A stretch of 46,076 nt of DNA from Octopus bimaculoides (taxonomy: Eukaryota): the NCBI RefSeq assembly GCF_001194135.2, contig NC_068981.1:171645658-171691733 (forward strand), read 5' to 3'. Numbering within the stretch: position 1 is the stretch's first letter; every line of letters begins with the position of its first letter. The position numbers and the translations under genes are program-made. The notes under the pieces were generated by a model, which worked only from the letters and a program-made list of their open reading frames with translations, made no database searches and was not told the origin of the DNA. This document shows, one piece after another, positions 1 to 11,149 of the stretch.

Positions 1-37
1 AAAGAGAGAGAGAGAGAGACAGGTAGATAGATAGATC

Positions 38-75
<38 letters not shown>

Positions 76-118
76 GACAGACAGACAGACAGACAGAGAC
101 AGACAGACAGAGACGGAC

Positions 119-184
<66 letters not shown>

Positions 185-229
185 CAAAGAGAGAGAGAGA
201 GATTCAATGACCAATTTAGAAAAGGAAGT

Positions 230-270
<41 letters not shown>
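1..270. repeat. Compound microsatellite (GA)n/(GACA)n/(GATA)n
   Basis: Directly visible tandem repeats. Confidence 0.95.
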
Positions 271-274
<4 letters not shown>

Positions 275-740
275 ATATGAATGGAAAATGAGACGTAACT
301 CGAGTGCGGGAGTGAGAAACGAGTAGGTCAAAGAGGAGAGAAAAGGAACGAGTGGGTGGGGAAGGGTAATAACTCACATAATCAGTTTCCACACTGAATA
401 ATTGAACAAGGTGGGGTCTCTTGAAATTTCATAGCATTATGCATTAAAGGTCTCAACAAACATGAACCGGAGATGCTATTTAGGGAGCTGACCCTACATT
501 AGCCGAGGTCAAAATGCATTTAACTTTGTTTCTCTATAAATGTATGTGTACAACATAAATATACACTTACACAAACAGGCGCGCGCATAGACGTACGCAC
601 ACATACACTATAATATATACTATAATGTGCACCAGATGAAACCTGTAGCTTTTAGCCAGCACTGCTTGTATAAATTAAACTTCAGTTGTAACGTAATACT
701 ATGCAGCGTCAAAAGTGAAAGGCGCAAACGCATCTGTAAT

Positions 741-780
<40 letters not shown>

Positions 781-802
781 CGTGTGTGTGTGAGTGCACG
801 TG

Positions 803-1238
803 TTATTTCTTTACCACTCACAAGAGGCTACACACAGAGGAGACAAACAAGGACAGACAAACGGATTAAGTCAATTATATCGACCCCAATGCGTAACTGG
901 TACTTATTTAATCGACGCCGAAAGCATGAAAGGCAAAGTCGACCTCGGCAGAATTTGAACTCAGAACGTCAAGACAGACGAAATACTGCTAAGCATCTCG
1001 CCCGGCGTGCTAACGTTTCTTATTTCTTTACTGCCCACAAGGGGCCACACACAGAGAGGACAAACAAGGACAGACAAACGGACGAAGTCGATTATATCGA
1101 CCCCAGTGCGTAACTGGTACTTAATTTATCGACCTCGAAAGCATGAAAGGCAAAGTCGACCTCGGCGGAATTTGAACTCAGAACGTAGCGGCCGACGAAA
1201 TACTGCTAAGCATTTCGCCCGGCGTGCTAACGTTTCTG
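803..1238 (-). mobile_element. Two tandem copies of a tRNA-derived SINE (here family B)
   Basis: Units of about 218 bp sharing gcaaagtcgacctcggc-gaatttgaactcagaac (reverse complement of a B-box-containing head). The same family recurs many times in the window. Confidence 0.8.
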
Positions 1239-2174
1239 NNNNNNNNNNNNNNNNNNNNNNNNNNNNNNNNNNNNNNNNNNNNNNNNNNNNNNNNNNNNNN
1301 NNNNNNNNNNNNNNNNNNNNNNNNNNNNNNNNNNNNNNNNNNNNNNNNNNNNNNNNNNNNNNNNNNNNNNNNNNNNNNNNNNNNNNNNNNNNNNNNNNNN
1401 NNNNNNNNNNNNNNNNNNNNNNNNNNNNNNNNNNNNNNNNNNNNNNNNNNNNNNNNNNNNNNNNNNNNNNNNNNNNNNNNNNNNNNNNNNNNNNNNNNNN
1501 NNNNNNNNNNNNNNNNNNNNNNNNNNNNNNNNNNNNNNNNNNNNNNNNNNNNNNNNNNNNNNNNNNNNNNNNNNNNNNNNNNNNNNNNNNNNNNNNNNNN
1601 NNNNNNNNNNNNNNNNNNNNNNNNNNNNNNNNNNNNNNNNNNNNNNNNNNNNNNNNNNNNNNNNNNNNNNNNNNNNNNNNNNNNNNNNNNNNNNNNNNNN
1701 NNNNNNNNNNNNNNNNNNNNNNNNNNNNNNNNNNNNNNNNNNNNNNNNNNNNNNNNNNNNNNNNNNNNNNNNNNNNNNNNNNNNNNNNNNNNNNNNNNNN
1801 NNNNNNNNNNNNNNNNNNNNNNNNNNNNNNNNNNNNNNNNNNNNNNNNNNNNNNNNNNNNNNNNNNNNNNNNNNNNNNNNNNNNNNNNNNNNNNNNNNNN
1901 NNNNNNNNNNNNNNNNNNNNNNNNNNNNNNNNNNNNNNNNNNNNNNNNNNNNNNNNNNNNNNNNNNNNNNNNNNNNNNNNNNNNNNNNNNNNNNNNNNNN
2001 NNNNNNNNNNNNNNNNNNNNNNNNNNNNNNNNNNNNNNNNNNNNNNNNNNNNNNNNNNNNNNNNNNNNNNNNNNNNNNNNNNNNNNNNNNNNNNNNNNNN
2101 NNNNNNNNNNNNNNNNNNNNNNNNNNNNNNNNNNNNNNNNNNNNNNNNNNNNNNNNNNNNNNNNNNNNNNNNNN

Positions 2175-2210
<36 letters not shown>

Positions 2211-2570
2211 GTGCGTGTGTGTGCGTGTATGTATATATATATGCGCGCGCGTATGTGTGCATGTGTATGTACGCATGTATGTATTATGCATGTAAGCATG
2301 TATGTATGTATGTATTATGTATGTATGTATGTATATCTGCATGCATCGATGTATGTAGGTATGTATGTGTGCACGCGCATATATTTTATTGTCAGGTCGC
2401 TAGAGAACATTATTGGCAACCCCACCAAGTAAGTTTGGGGCAGGAGTATTTCGAACAAAAAGCAGATAAACCAAGAGGAATCAATGGCTATTCAATAATG
2501 GGTGCTACTTTGGCGTGTGATCTACAGCTTAAAGGGCGATTATTCGCGTCTGCCAAAGTTACTGGATTGA

Positions 2571-2910
2571 AATCGTGAAACACTCGAACCCATAATTCAA
2601 AGAGAAGTTTCAGAAAACTCAGTTATTCATTCCGACGAATGGCCAGCATACTCCTGTCTAAATCGTCTAAATTTCTGCCATTCTGCTGTCAACCACCAAA
2701 GACATTGTGTTGATCCAAACACTGGAACCAATACTCAAGCAATTGAAAGAACCAGGTTGGATTCGAAAATTCGTATTTTGAAAGAAATGAGGAGTGAACC
2801 AAAGAACCTTCCAATCTCACCATAATTATTTTTGTTAGCTACAGATGAGGAAGAGTGCTGAAGACGTATTTCTTGCGCTTCTAGCAGATGTTCACTCAAT
2901 TCATCGATAA
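2571..2910 (+). pseudogene. Merlin/ISXO2-like transposase catalytic and C-terminal remnant
   Basis: NRETLEPIIQREVSENSVIHSDEWPAYSCLNRLNFCHSAVNHQRHCVDPNTGTNTQAIER matches Merlin TL.PII...SD.W.AY...VNH...VDP.TG..TQ.IE. A frameshift and a stop occur afterwards. Confidence 0.82.
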
Positions 2911-2954
2911 AATTATTCAAATTTGTATTTCATCTTTATTATGAAATTGCTATA

Positions 2955-3380
2955 CTCTCTTTACTCTTTACTCTTTACTCTTTTTACTTGTTTCAGTCAT
3001 TTGACTCCGGCCATGCTAGAGCACCACCTCTAGTCGAGCAAATCGACCCCAGGACTTATTCTTTGTAAGCCTAGTACTTATTCTATCGGTCTGTTTTGCC
3101 GAACCGCTAAGTTACGAGGACGTAAACACACCACCATCGGTTGTCAAGCGATGTTGGGGGGACAAACACAGACCGCACAAACACTCACACACACACACAC
3201 ACACATATAAATATATACGACGGGCTTCTTTCAGTTTCCGTCTACCAAATCCACTCACAAGGCTTTGGTCGGCCCGAGGTTATAGTAGAAGACACTTGCT
3301 CAAGGTGCCACGCAGTGGGATTGAACCCGGAACCATGTGGTTGGTAAGCAAGCTACTTACCACACAGCCACTCCCGCGCC
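2955..3380 (-). mobile_element. Full-length tRNA-derived SINE (here family A) inserted in the Merlin element
   Basis: Head rc ggcgcgggagtggctgtgtggtaag..., internal (CA)n/(TA)n tract and (gtaaaaga)n tail. Near-identical to copies at 10305 and 38771. Confidence 0.88.
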
Positions 3381-3543
3381 TCTTCAAATTTTTTATAAAT
3401 TTCTTTGTACACACTTGTAAATATATTTTTTTCAAAATTCTTACTATTTTAATAATAAAACCATGTTTCATTTATCTTAGTAAATAATAATAAGAAACCA
3501 AAAATAAGCAATATAATAATTAAAATATGCGCGTAGATCACAC

Positions 3544-3746
3544 AAGTTTGACAGCCGCGAGTTTTGCAACGTAAAGTTGGGGAAATTTCACCTTTTTTCC
3601 CCTTCTCTTCGAGCTGCCTTCGTTTCTCCACCACAACGATGACATGGTGCAACTTTTTCTTCATCATCTAAAAGGCCATTTCTTTGTAAAAATGCAATTG
3701 TCTTCGTCTCGTCGCTGAACGCATTATAAAAACTTTTACCCAACAT
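3544..3746 (-). pseudogene. Merlin-like transposase N-terminal zinc-binding remnant
   Basis: MLGKSFYNAFSDETKTIAFLQRNGLLDDEEKVAPCHRCGG, then after a frameshift TLRCKTRGC. Resembles the Merlin I.FLQ..GLL...CxxC...RC..C N-terminus. Confidence 0.65.
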
Positions 3747-4289
3747 CTTTTTAGAAATTGGAAAGTAAACTAAAAAATAACCTAAAGTAATCGCCCTTTA
3801 TGTCGTAGATCACACGCCAAAGTGGCACCCAATAATTTTTACATATTCACGTTAAGCTGTATGTATATTTAATAACATGTTTTCGTTTCATTCAAATGAG
3901 GTGTGGAAGGAATAAATAACCTCCCTCTCTTCACTTTCGAAGTTAACGACACCAGACCTCAAGGAGCAACTGATGAAGATGGCAACATATTATTATACTG
4001 GGATAGAAACCCTGATGCCATGGGGAAAATATTGAATGTACGAAGACATCGTGATTGCGAAACTTGTAAACTATTTGTCCATGTTACATCCACCAGATAA
4101 CTCATAATGAGTCATAAAAAAGTATCATAATGAGTACAGTTCACCCCAAATACATACATACACACATACATACACACACACACATACATACATACACCGA
4201 AGATATCACCTACATCATAAGCAGTTGTCTGAAAATCTACCGATGAGACCTGATGTGGTAGCTAGGACACTCTATAGGACACACAAAAA

Positions 4290-4575
4290 ATCAATATTCA
4301 AAGTAATCGAACATAAACAATGAAATGGGTTATTTCCCTTAAGTGTTTAAAAAATATTGAACAGGTGCTATGGATTATTTCCCTTGGGTGTTTAAAAAAT
4401 CGTTATACGAGGCAGATATAAAAGTCCCTTCCAGGGGTCGTATTATCAATTTTTTCAACAATCTATGTCACGAGGTCTCCAGACAAGTTTCATCAAAATC
4501 AATAAAACGATGTAGGAGGAGTTAACTAACAACGCCACAAACAAACACACACCGATTTTCCACATATGTAGTAGA
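4290..4575 (+). mobile_element. Helitron-like non-autonomous repeat remnant
   Basis: aagtttcatcaaaatc... followed by a (caaa)n tract and a terminal tagtagat, a layout typical of small Helitron/Helentron-derived repeats. Family assignment is inference. Confidence 0.3.
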
Positions 4576-4674
4576 TATATATATATATATATATACAAAT
4601 GCATATACAGACATATATAAATGTATGTATTTATATATACATATAGAGAGAGCGAGATAAAAGGGGAAAGAGGG

Positions 4675-4726
<52 letters not shown>

Positions 4727-4745
4727 TGTATATAANNNNNNNNNN

Positions 4746-4791
<46 letters not shown>

Positions 4792-5634
4792 TGTATATAA
4801 TCCCACACACTATCACACACACACAAGCCTATATACACGTCAATGTATACTTTCTACTGTGTGTCATTATAAAGCTTTCTTATTTCGTTATTTACTGACA
4901 GTTTCAATAAAATTTATGACAAAATCTTAGTAACTCTTGTAACATATATTTGTCTAAATCCCTTGTGATCAAGAACTGACTTTTTAACAGCCTCGTGACA
5001 GAAATGACATTCATATATTTTGGAAAATTGTTGTTTGACTACTGTAATTTGACAGAGATATATGTAGCATGCAGGAATTCTATTTTATGAGTCATTAAAT
5101 TCGGCGACGCTATCATAAATTTTTAAAATATATGAATTTTGGAGATGTATTTGCCTGTGTTGAAATTAAAACAATTACAGCGTTGAAGATGTGTATAAGC
5201 CATTGAAATACACACGAAGACTTAACTTCACTTCAACATTTATTATTTAGTAGCAAAATTTTCGTCGCACCAACAGCAACTTGGTCACTGAGACGAGTCC
5301 ACTGCAGCTGGTTTTAGGCAAGGTTGGAGGTTATAAATATATGTTGTATTTTTTTCATCTATATAGGTCAGTTATTCTAGTTGTCATCGCCTGGTGCTCA
5401 TAGTCAGTTTAAGTATTTGGTTGTAACCCGTATACTTTCTCTTCCGTTCTCTAAGTTAATGGGGATTCTTTTGGCGTTGTCTAGTACAAGTCAGGAATTA
5501 TTGACTTCAAAGAAAGGAAAGTGTCTTTAATTAAAGGAGAGAAACAATAAGGAGAAAAGTTGCCACAAAATGTATTTTAAATATGAAACAAGTTATTAAA
5601 AAAAAAAACTAATAGCAATATTTCAAATAATTAA

Positions 5635-6268
5635 GTCGGTGAGCTGGCACAACCGTTAGCACGCCAGGCCAAATGTTTACCTGTATTTCATTTGTCTTTA
5701 CGTTCTGAGTTCAAATTCCACCGAAATCGACTTTTCCTTTTCATCTTTTTTAGGGTCGATAAAATAAGTACCAAGTAGAGCACTCAGGTCGATGTAATCG
5801 AGACTTACGCTCGTCCCGCAAGTTGCTGGCCATGTACCAAAATTTGAAACCAATGCTTCTAATAAGCGTTTGTAACACAGGTACCAGACCAGGAATTGAT
5901 AAGGAGGTGTTAACCGATTAAACTGATCTCAATATTTGACTGATACTTTATTTTATTGACCTTGAGAGGATAAAAGGCAAAGTTCACCTGTGTGGTATTC
6001 GAAAGCAAAAAGACCCGAAATGAAGTCATTTTGTCTGGCTTTGATAACTCAGTCAAGCCACTGACCTTAATAATTACTAATTTAAGGAGTAAGCCAACAA
6101 TTTAGGAAGTGATGTATCACATCGACTCATGGACTTGATTGGTGCTTAATTTTATTGACTCTGGAAGAATGAAAGGCAAAGTTGCTCTCAGTGGAATTTC
6201 AACTCAGAATGTCACTATAACATGGCATTCTATTTGATGTTCAAATGCTTCTGTCAGCTCATCGCTTA
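5635..6268. mobile_element. Cluster of three family-B SINEs (one +, two -)
   Basis: gtcggtgagctggc...gttctgagttcaaattcc...tttcatc on + at about 5635-5853. Reverse-complement copies at about 5870-6066 and 6090-6268. Confidence 0.7.
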
Positions 6269-7357
6269 CAGCAATATTTCTCACAATAAAATAAGAAAGG
6301 AAAAATTAAGACTGTGACTGTCAATATTACCTAGAACCCAATGCGTTGTAGTCTAATTTTCATCAAGTGCTTGTTCCGTTATATTTAATAAAAATTTATT
6401 TCGAATACATTTTCGAATCCCCCCCTCCTCACGTCATACAAAATGGAACTATCAATCAAAGTAGTCAGATTTAATTAAAAGCACTGAGTTATATGTTTTA
6501 TATTTACCCTGATGGTAAAACACAAGACATCGAGCACGAATGTATGACTTTATTAAAAGGTCATTTATCTAGTCGTGAATTTGCGTATATTTAATATCAT
6601 CAACTGATACAAAATATATTTTATTTAACGCTGTTTTCCATAATAACTGAAATTTTGTGTAGGTTTTTATCCAAGAGATGTTACAGGCAATAATTACATT
6701 TTAGAAAAGTGTTCAATTTTAATTAACCTGAGAAAAGTCAGTGCAGTTTTATATTAAAAGATCATTTTATACCTCGTTCTGAATTTTAACCTTTAGATTT
6801 GTTAGTTCAGAAAGTTTTCACGAAATTCCTTTCGGCGCACACAATATATTCTATATGTGTAATGGAAAGTTATATAGAATAAAAATTATATATTACACCA
6901 GTTAATAGAAAAATACCCATATATCTTTTCTATTTACATCCACTGTTGAAGTAAAACATTTTTTTTTCTTACAATTCTAGATTAATCAATATACATAACA
7001 CCTGAAGGAATTTTTTGTCTTTTCCGAAGATGCTTATCTATCTGTGACCTTCTACTACTTTAAACAGTAATGTATGCGTTAAGTCGTTCGGGAGGGAAGA
7101 TTAGAATGTGGTTATGACAATCGTTGAGGGAGAGAGTACGTGAAAAAAAAAAAAAAAGAGAGACACCGCTGGAGAATAAAGAAAAGAGAGAGGCAGCTGT
7201 AGATGTAAAATAGTGTGAGAGTGAATATATTAGTGAAAAAAAAAAGACTTGCAGTAAATTTATATTTCTGAATTATGCATGCGCACACTTCTATATATAC
7301 ACATGCATGCATACATACATACGTACGTATGTCTGTGTGTGTATGTATGTATATATC

Positions 7358-7402
<45 letters not shown>

Positions 7403-7417
7403 CTATATATACATATA

Positions 7418-7555
7418 TAGAGAGGTGGCACCGTTAATCGAAAAGTCAACTTCGTTAACCATTAATCTGTTAACCAAAAAGTTAACTTCGTTAATCCGTT
7501 AATTCTTTGAAAATACAAGGGCAGTTAACGTTAATCCGTTAATGTTAACTTTTAT
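7418..7555. mobile_element. Probable hAT-type element end with subterminal (cgttaa/gttaac) repeats
   Basis: TAGAG-like start followed by many short gttaac/cgttaat motifs in both orientations. The other end was not identified. Confidence 0.3.
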
Positions 7556-9309
7556 TGAAAAAGGCATAACTACATTTTAATACTCAATCGATTTTGTTGC
7601 CTCATAAATTCCAGAAAAATGGATACTTTTTAACGAAATTTTCACCAAATAATCGCTTATATCTTGTAGGTTGAAATTCTGTAAAGATTTGATGGAAAAA
7701 ATGTTCCGAGGGGTTGGGGAGAGGAGTTTCGGAAAATTTATACAAATACCTTTCGAACGGTGTAGATTACTATTACAAAGAAATTTGTAGGCAAAATTTT
7801 TGGAAGGGGGCGAGGGTTAGGAGATTCTGGAAAACGAAGTTTCGGAGTAGACGGCCCACATAAGTTGGAATTTCTCCGTTTCGATAGGGATTTTTTCCAA
7901 TGTTTTTCAACCCAAGTTTTCAGAATGATGGGAGTCATCTTTTCACGAAAAAAAGAAAAAAATTTTTGAAATTTTTTTTTTTACTCCCGCCACCCCCTCA
8001 CCACCCCAGGCCGAAACGATTTCGGCCATTTTCTTTTTCACTATGCACTTAAAACCCGTGAGAGAAACATTTTTGGTTTCACAAAAAAATTGTTAATAAT
8101 TTCAAAGGANNNNNNNNNNNNNNNNNNNNNNNNNNNNNNNNNNNNNNNNNNNNNNNNNNNNNNNNNNNNNNNNNNNNNNNNNNNNNNNNNNNNNNNNNNN
8201 NNNNNNNNNNNNNNNNNNNNNNNNNNNNNNNNNNNNNNNNNNNNNNNNNNNNNNNNNNNNNNNNNNNNNNCGTGATTTAAGGGAGATCTGGCTGTTGTTT
8301 CTAGCACATCCCAAAACCTGCCCCTTCGTTCCTTTCTCGCTCACACATTTATTGATATTTTTCAATATTTTTCTCCCCATAAATAAATTTACACACGTGT
8401 AGTCCCAACCGAGCGGGGCCGTGTTACGTGTGTGTGTGTGTAAGAAAAAAACACCTAAAAGCATCTTTAGTGTTCATATTAATCTGTGTTTGTTCACGTT
8501 ATTTTGAATTACTCGGGTTCAAGAGGAGTGTCCATAATATTTGCTTGTAACTTTATAAATTTTTTACATACAGATTTGAAATTTTGTCAGTGGGTGCTTT
8601 ATATACCACTGGTTTATTGTTATGTAATTTTAGCTAATCTTGCTAAATTTGACTTTTATGGGAAGGTAAATTTAATTAACAGGCGTCAAAGCAATGACAT
8701 TATGGATAAACACTAAAACTGAAATTCTTAATGCATATTTGATTTGTTACTAAAATTATCCCACATGGCAACCGACAAAAGTTATGCGGCTTTTCAAGAG
8801 GAGGTACTTAATTTGAATTAATTAAAATACAGGTATAATCGGTACAAGATTTTATTCTCTCAGTAAATATTTCGTACTTCGGTGTGAAATCATTTTTTCC
8901 ACGGTTCTTTTCAGGTGCATTCAACGTATCTGACCTCCAAACCCGCTGCAAGCCACTTTTTTTCCAGAAAAGAAAGGTGGTAGGGGTGGTAGGGACCTCG
9001 AATTTTCCCACCAAAGGAGTTTTGTTTCGCGGGTATTTTTTCCTTTTCCAGGTTATTTTGCATGCTTTCGACGAATGTGACGTCGAAATCACGCGTAAAC
9101 GGCTCCTTTTTCTAGAAAAGGAAAGATTTCACCGCTATTTCTAGCATGCCCTGCTACACGTAACAGCTATTTGCGTTCACACCGAAATATTTACCAACTT
9201 TTCTCCTTCCATTTGTTTTTTCCACTTTATGGAAGTCAATATTTTCTTTGTTGACATCCACCTCAGTTAATTTTGCTTTTCTCCCAGTTCTGTACTTTCT
9301 GGATGAAAA

Positions 9310-9429
9310 GCCCTCACATTATCTCAAAGCTACGAGAATTCACTAACGTGATTTGTTTATTTCCTTAAAAGATTTCGTAGGGGGATTCGATACAACGGGT
9401 TTTGGCAGGTTTAAGCACTAAAGGGTTAA
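9310..9429. mobile_element. piggyBac-type terminus (...TAAAGGG|TTAA)
   Basis: The rc reads TTAA CCCTTTAG. Shares the internal motif atctcaaagctac-aga with the MITE at 42752-42969. Confidence 0.5.
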
Positions 9430-9548
9430 AAAGTGCCAAAACTGTAAAATCAGCTTTTGGGAGTTTCTTTGTCCGATTTTAAATTCAGATTGCAAAGAGC
9501 TGGAATAAATACCATGAAGTATTCTGTTCAACACTCTAGCGAACCCGC

Positions 9549-10112
9549 CAATTCGCCGCTTTCAATTCAATTCAATGCTTATTATTATTTTTATTGAACG
9601 TTCCCACCAAACAAAACTTAGTTCACTTTTGAGGGTTAACTAGGAACAAAGGAACCAACACTCATGTCCTTGAACAAGCAGAGATGAAAATCACCGAGGG
9701 GTTGATCACTTACCATCAGCTATTTTGGTCATATACAAAGGATGGAACAACAGATGACATTCCAATGATCATCTTTTATTCTGGATTTGCAACAGGAAGA
9801 TGCTATCGTGGATGACCATAACTGAGATTCAGGGATATCCTGAAGAGAGACCATCAGTCCAAAATCTACTGAGGATCCCGTGCACAGAATGTTTCGATCA
9901 AATATGTGTATCCACAATCACGTCCGATAAATTCTCCGTCATCAATTCACCATTTTTTTTTCTTTTCTTCCAATAAAATAGTTTTTAACTATTAATGGTG
10001 TGATAACTATGGATATATTTTCTCAGTTAACTTTCCTTCGCGGTGAACTTTTCTCGCTATGAACCTTCTTCACGGTGAATTGATGCCGGTGAACTTCCTC
10101 TGCGGTGAATTG
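9549..10112 (+). mobile_element. Mutator-like (MULE) remnant
   Basis: Inverted motif caattcgccgc (9549) / gcggtgaattg (10102). Repeated cggtgaa subterminal motifs at 10030-10112. Degenerate GWNNR...HP...FILDLQQED peptide across frameshifts resembles MULE transposase C-termini. Confidence 0.42.
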
Positions 10113-10304
10113 ATAATCAACTACCGTCATCAGAAAGCTGAAGGTGAAAAAAAGACGAAACGCAAAAAGTCGAAGAAAAACTAACAACTTCTTGGATCGA
10201 ATAAACCCACGACCACAATCCGATTACCAGAACAATGATTTTTCTGATTGTTACCTTCACTATTACGCATAAAAACATACTTTTTTTTTTAATATTTACA
10301 TATA

Positions 10305-10710
10305 CGTGGCTGTGTGGTAAGTAGCTTGCTTACCAACCACATGGTTCCAGGTTCAGTCCCACTGCGTGGCACCTTGGGCAAGTGTCTTCTACTATAGCCT
10401 CGGGCCGACCAAAGCCTTGTGAGTGGATTTGGTAGACGGAAACTGAAAGAAGCCCGTCGTATATATGTATATATATATATATGTATGTGTGTGTATATGT
10501 TTGTGTGTCTGAGTTTGTCCCCCCAACATCGTTTGACAACCGACGCTGGTGTGTTTACGTCCCCGTAACTTAGCGGTTCGGCAAAGAGAGACCGATAGAA
10601 TAAGTACTAGGCCTACAAAAAAGAAGTCCTGGGGTCGATTTGCTCAACTAAAGGCGGTGCCCCAGCATGGCCGCAGTCAAATGACTGAAACAAGTAAAAG
10701 AGTAAAAGAG
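10305..10710 (+). mobile_element. Family-A tRNA-derived SINE
   Basis: gtggctgtgtggtaag A-box, ggttcagtccc B-box, ggcaccttgggcaagtgtcttc core and gtaaaaga tail. Confidence 0.88.
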
Positions 10711-11070
10711 TATACACTTACGTTTCGATCAGTTTGATTCTCGTCTTCTATTGATATTTCTGTGCTTTTTAGAACAAAAATATGAGAGGCTTTTCAACGC
10801 GAATACTGCCGTAATACGGCTTCTAACAATACATCCACGTTAAGGAGGGTATGAAGATTGCCATTCGATATTAATACTGCTTCCTTCACAAATATTTAAA
10901 TCTAAATTAATGGTAATAAATGCTCTTGTACATTTTGCCCCTGACGCATCTATACTGAAAATATTAATCATCGTTTAAATATTAGAAATCATGCTTTATA
11001 TGGGTTTGATTTCTGTTCTACTTATCTGATTTTATCTTGTATATGATATATATTATTTCTTGATTTATAG

Positions 11071-11149
11071 AGCAAGGGAACCTGGATTCAAGCGGTCATT
11101 TGTCCGTATCATCGTATCACATGATGGAGTGGTATTGTGGATACCTGTG
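11071..11149 (+). CDS. Cys-loop receptor exon, loop E region: (x)AREPGFKRSFVRIIVSHDGVVLWIPV
   Basis: Acceptor tattatttcttgatttatAG and donor GTAAGT at 11150. 79 nt, phase 2 to phase 0. IIVSHDGVVLWIP matches the nAChR V.V..DG.V.W.PP motif. Absent from the ORF track. Confidence 0.87.

Larger units (their letters stand above)
2501..3829. mobile_element. Merlin (IS1016/ISXO2-like) DNA transposon, defective and internally rearranged, with a SINE insertion
   Basis: TIRs GGTGC(T/C)ACTTTGGCGTGTGATCTAC... at 2501-2542 and 3788-3829. Flanks CAATAATG (2493-2500) and CAATAATT (3830-3837) form a 7/8 TSD. Transposase remnants lie inside. Confidence 0.82.

Noticed and set aside
1007-2578. Long ORFs containing runs of X (also at 8.1, 13.1-14.1, 14.7, 21.2, 22.8, 25.3, 26.5, 28.7, 32.6, 36.0 and 37.7 kb)
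   Set aside because: They are artefacts of translating N-gaps. The flanks are SINE or microsatellite sequence.
3903-4100. 65-aa ORF next to the Merlin element
   Set aside because: It lies outside the TIR/TSD boundary, has a GTG start only, and shows no motif or splice signals.
4677-4800. Direct repeat (GATA)n-ttgtatataa on both sides of a 10-N gap
   Set aside because: Typical contig-overlap duplication at a scaffold join.
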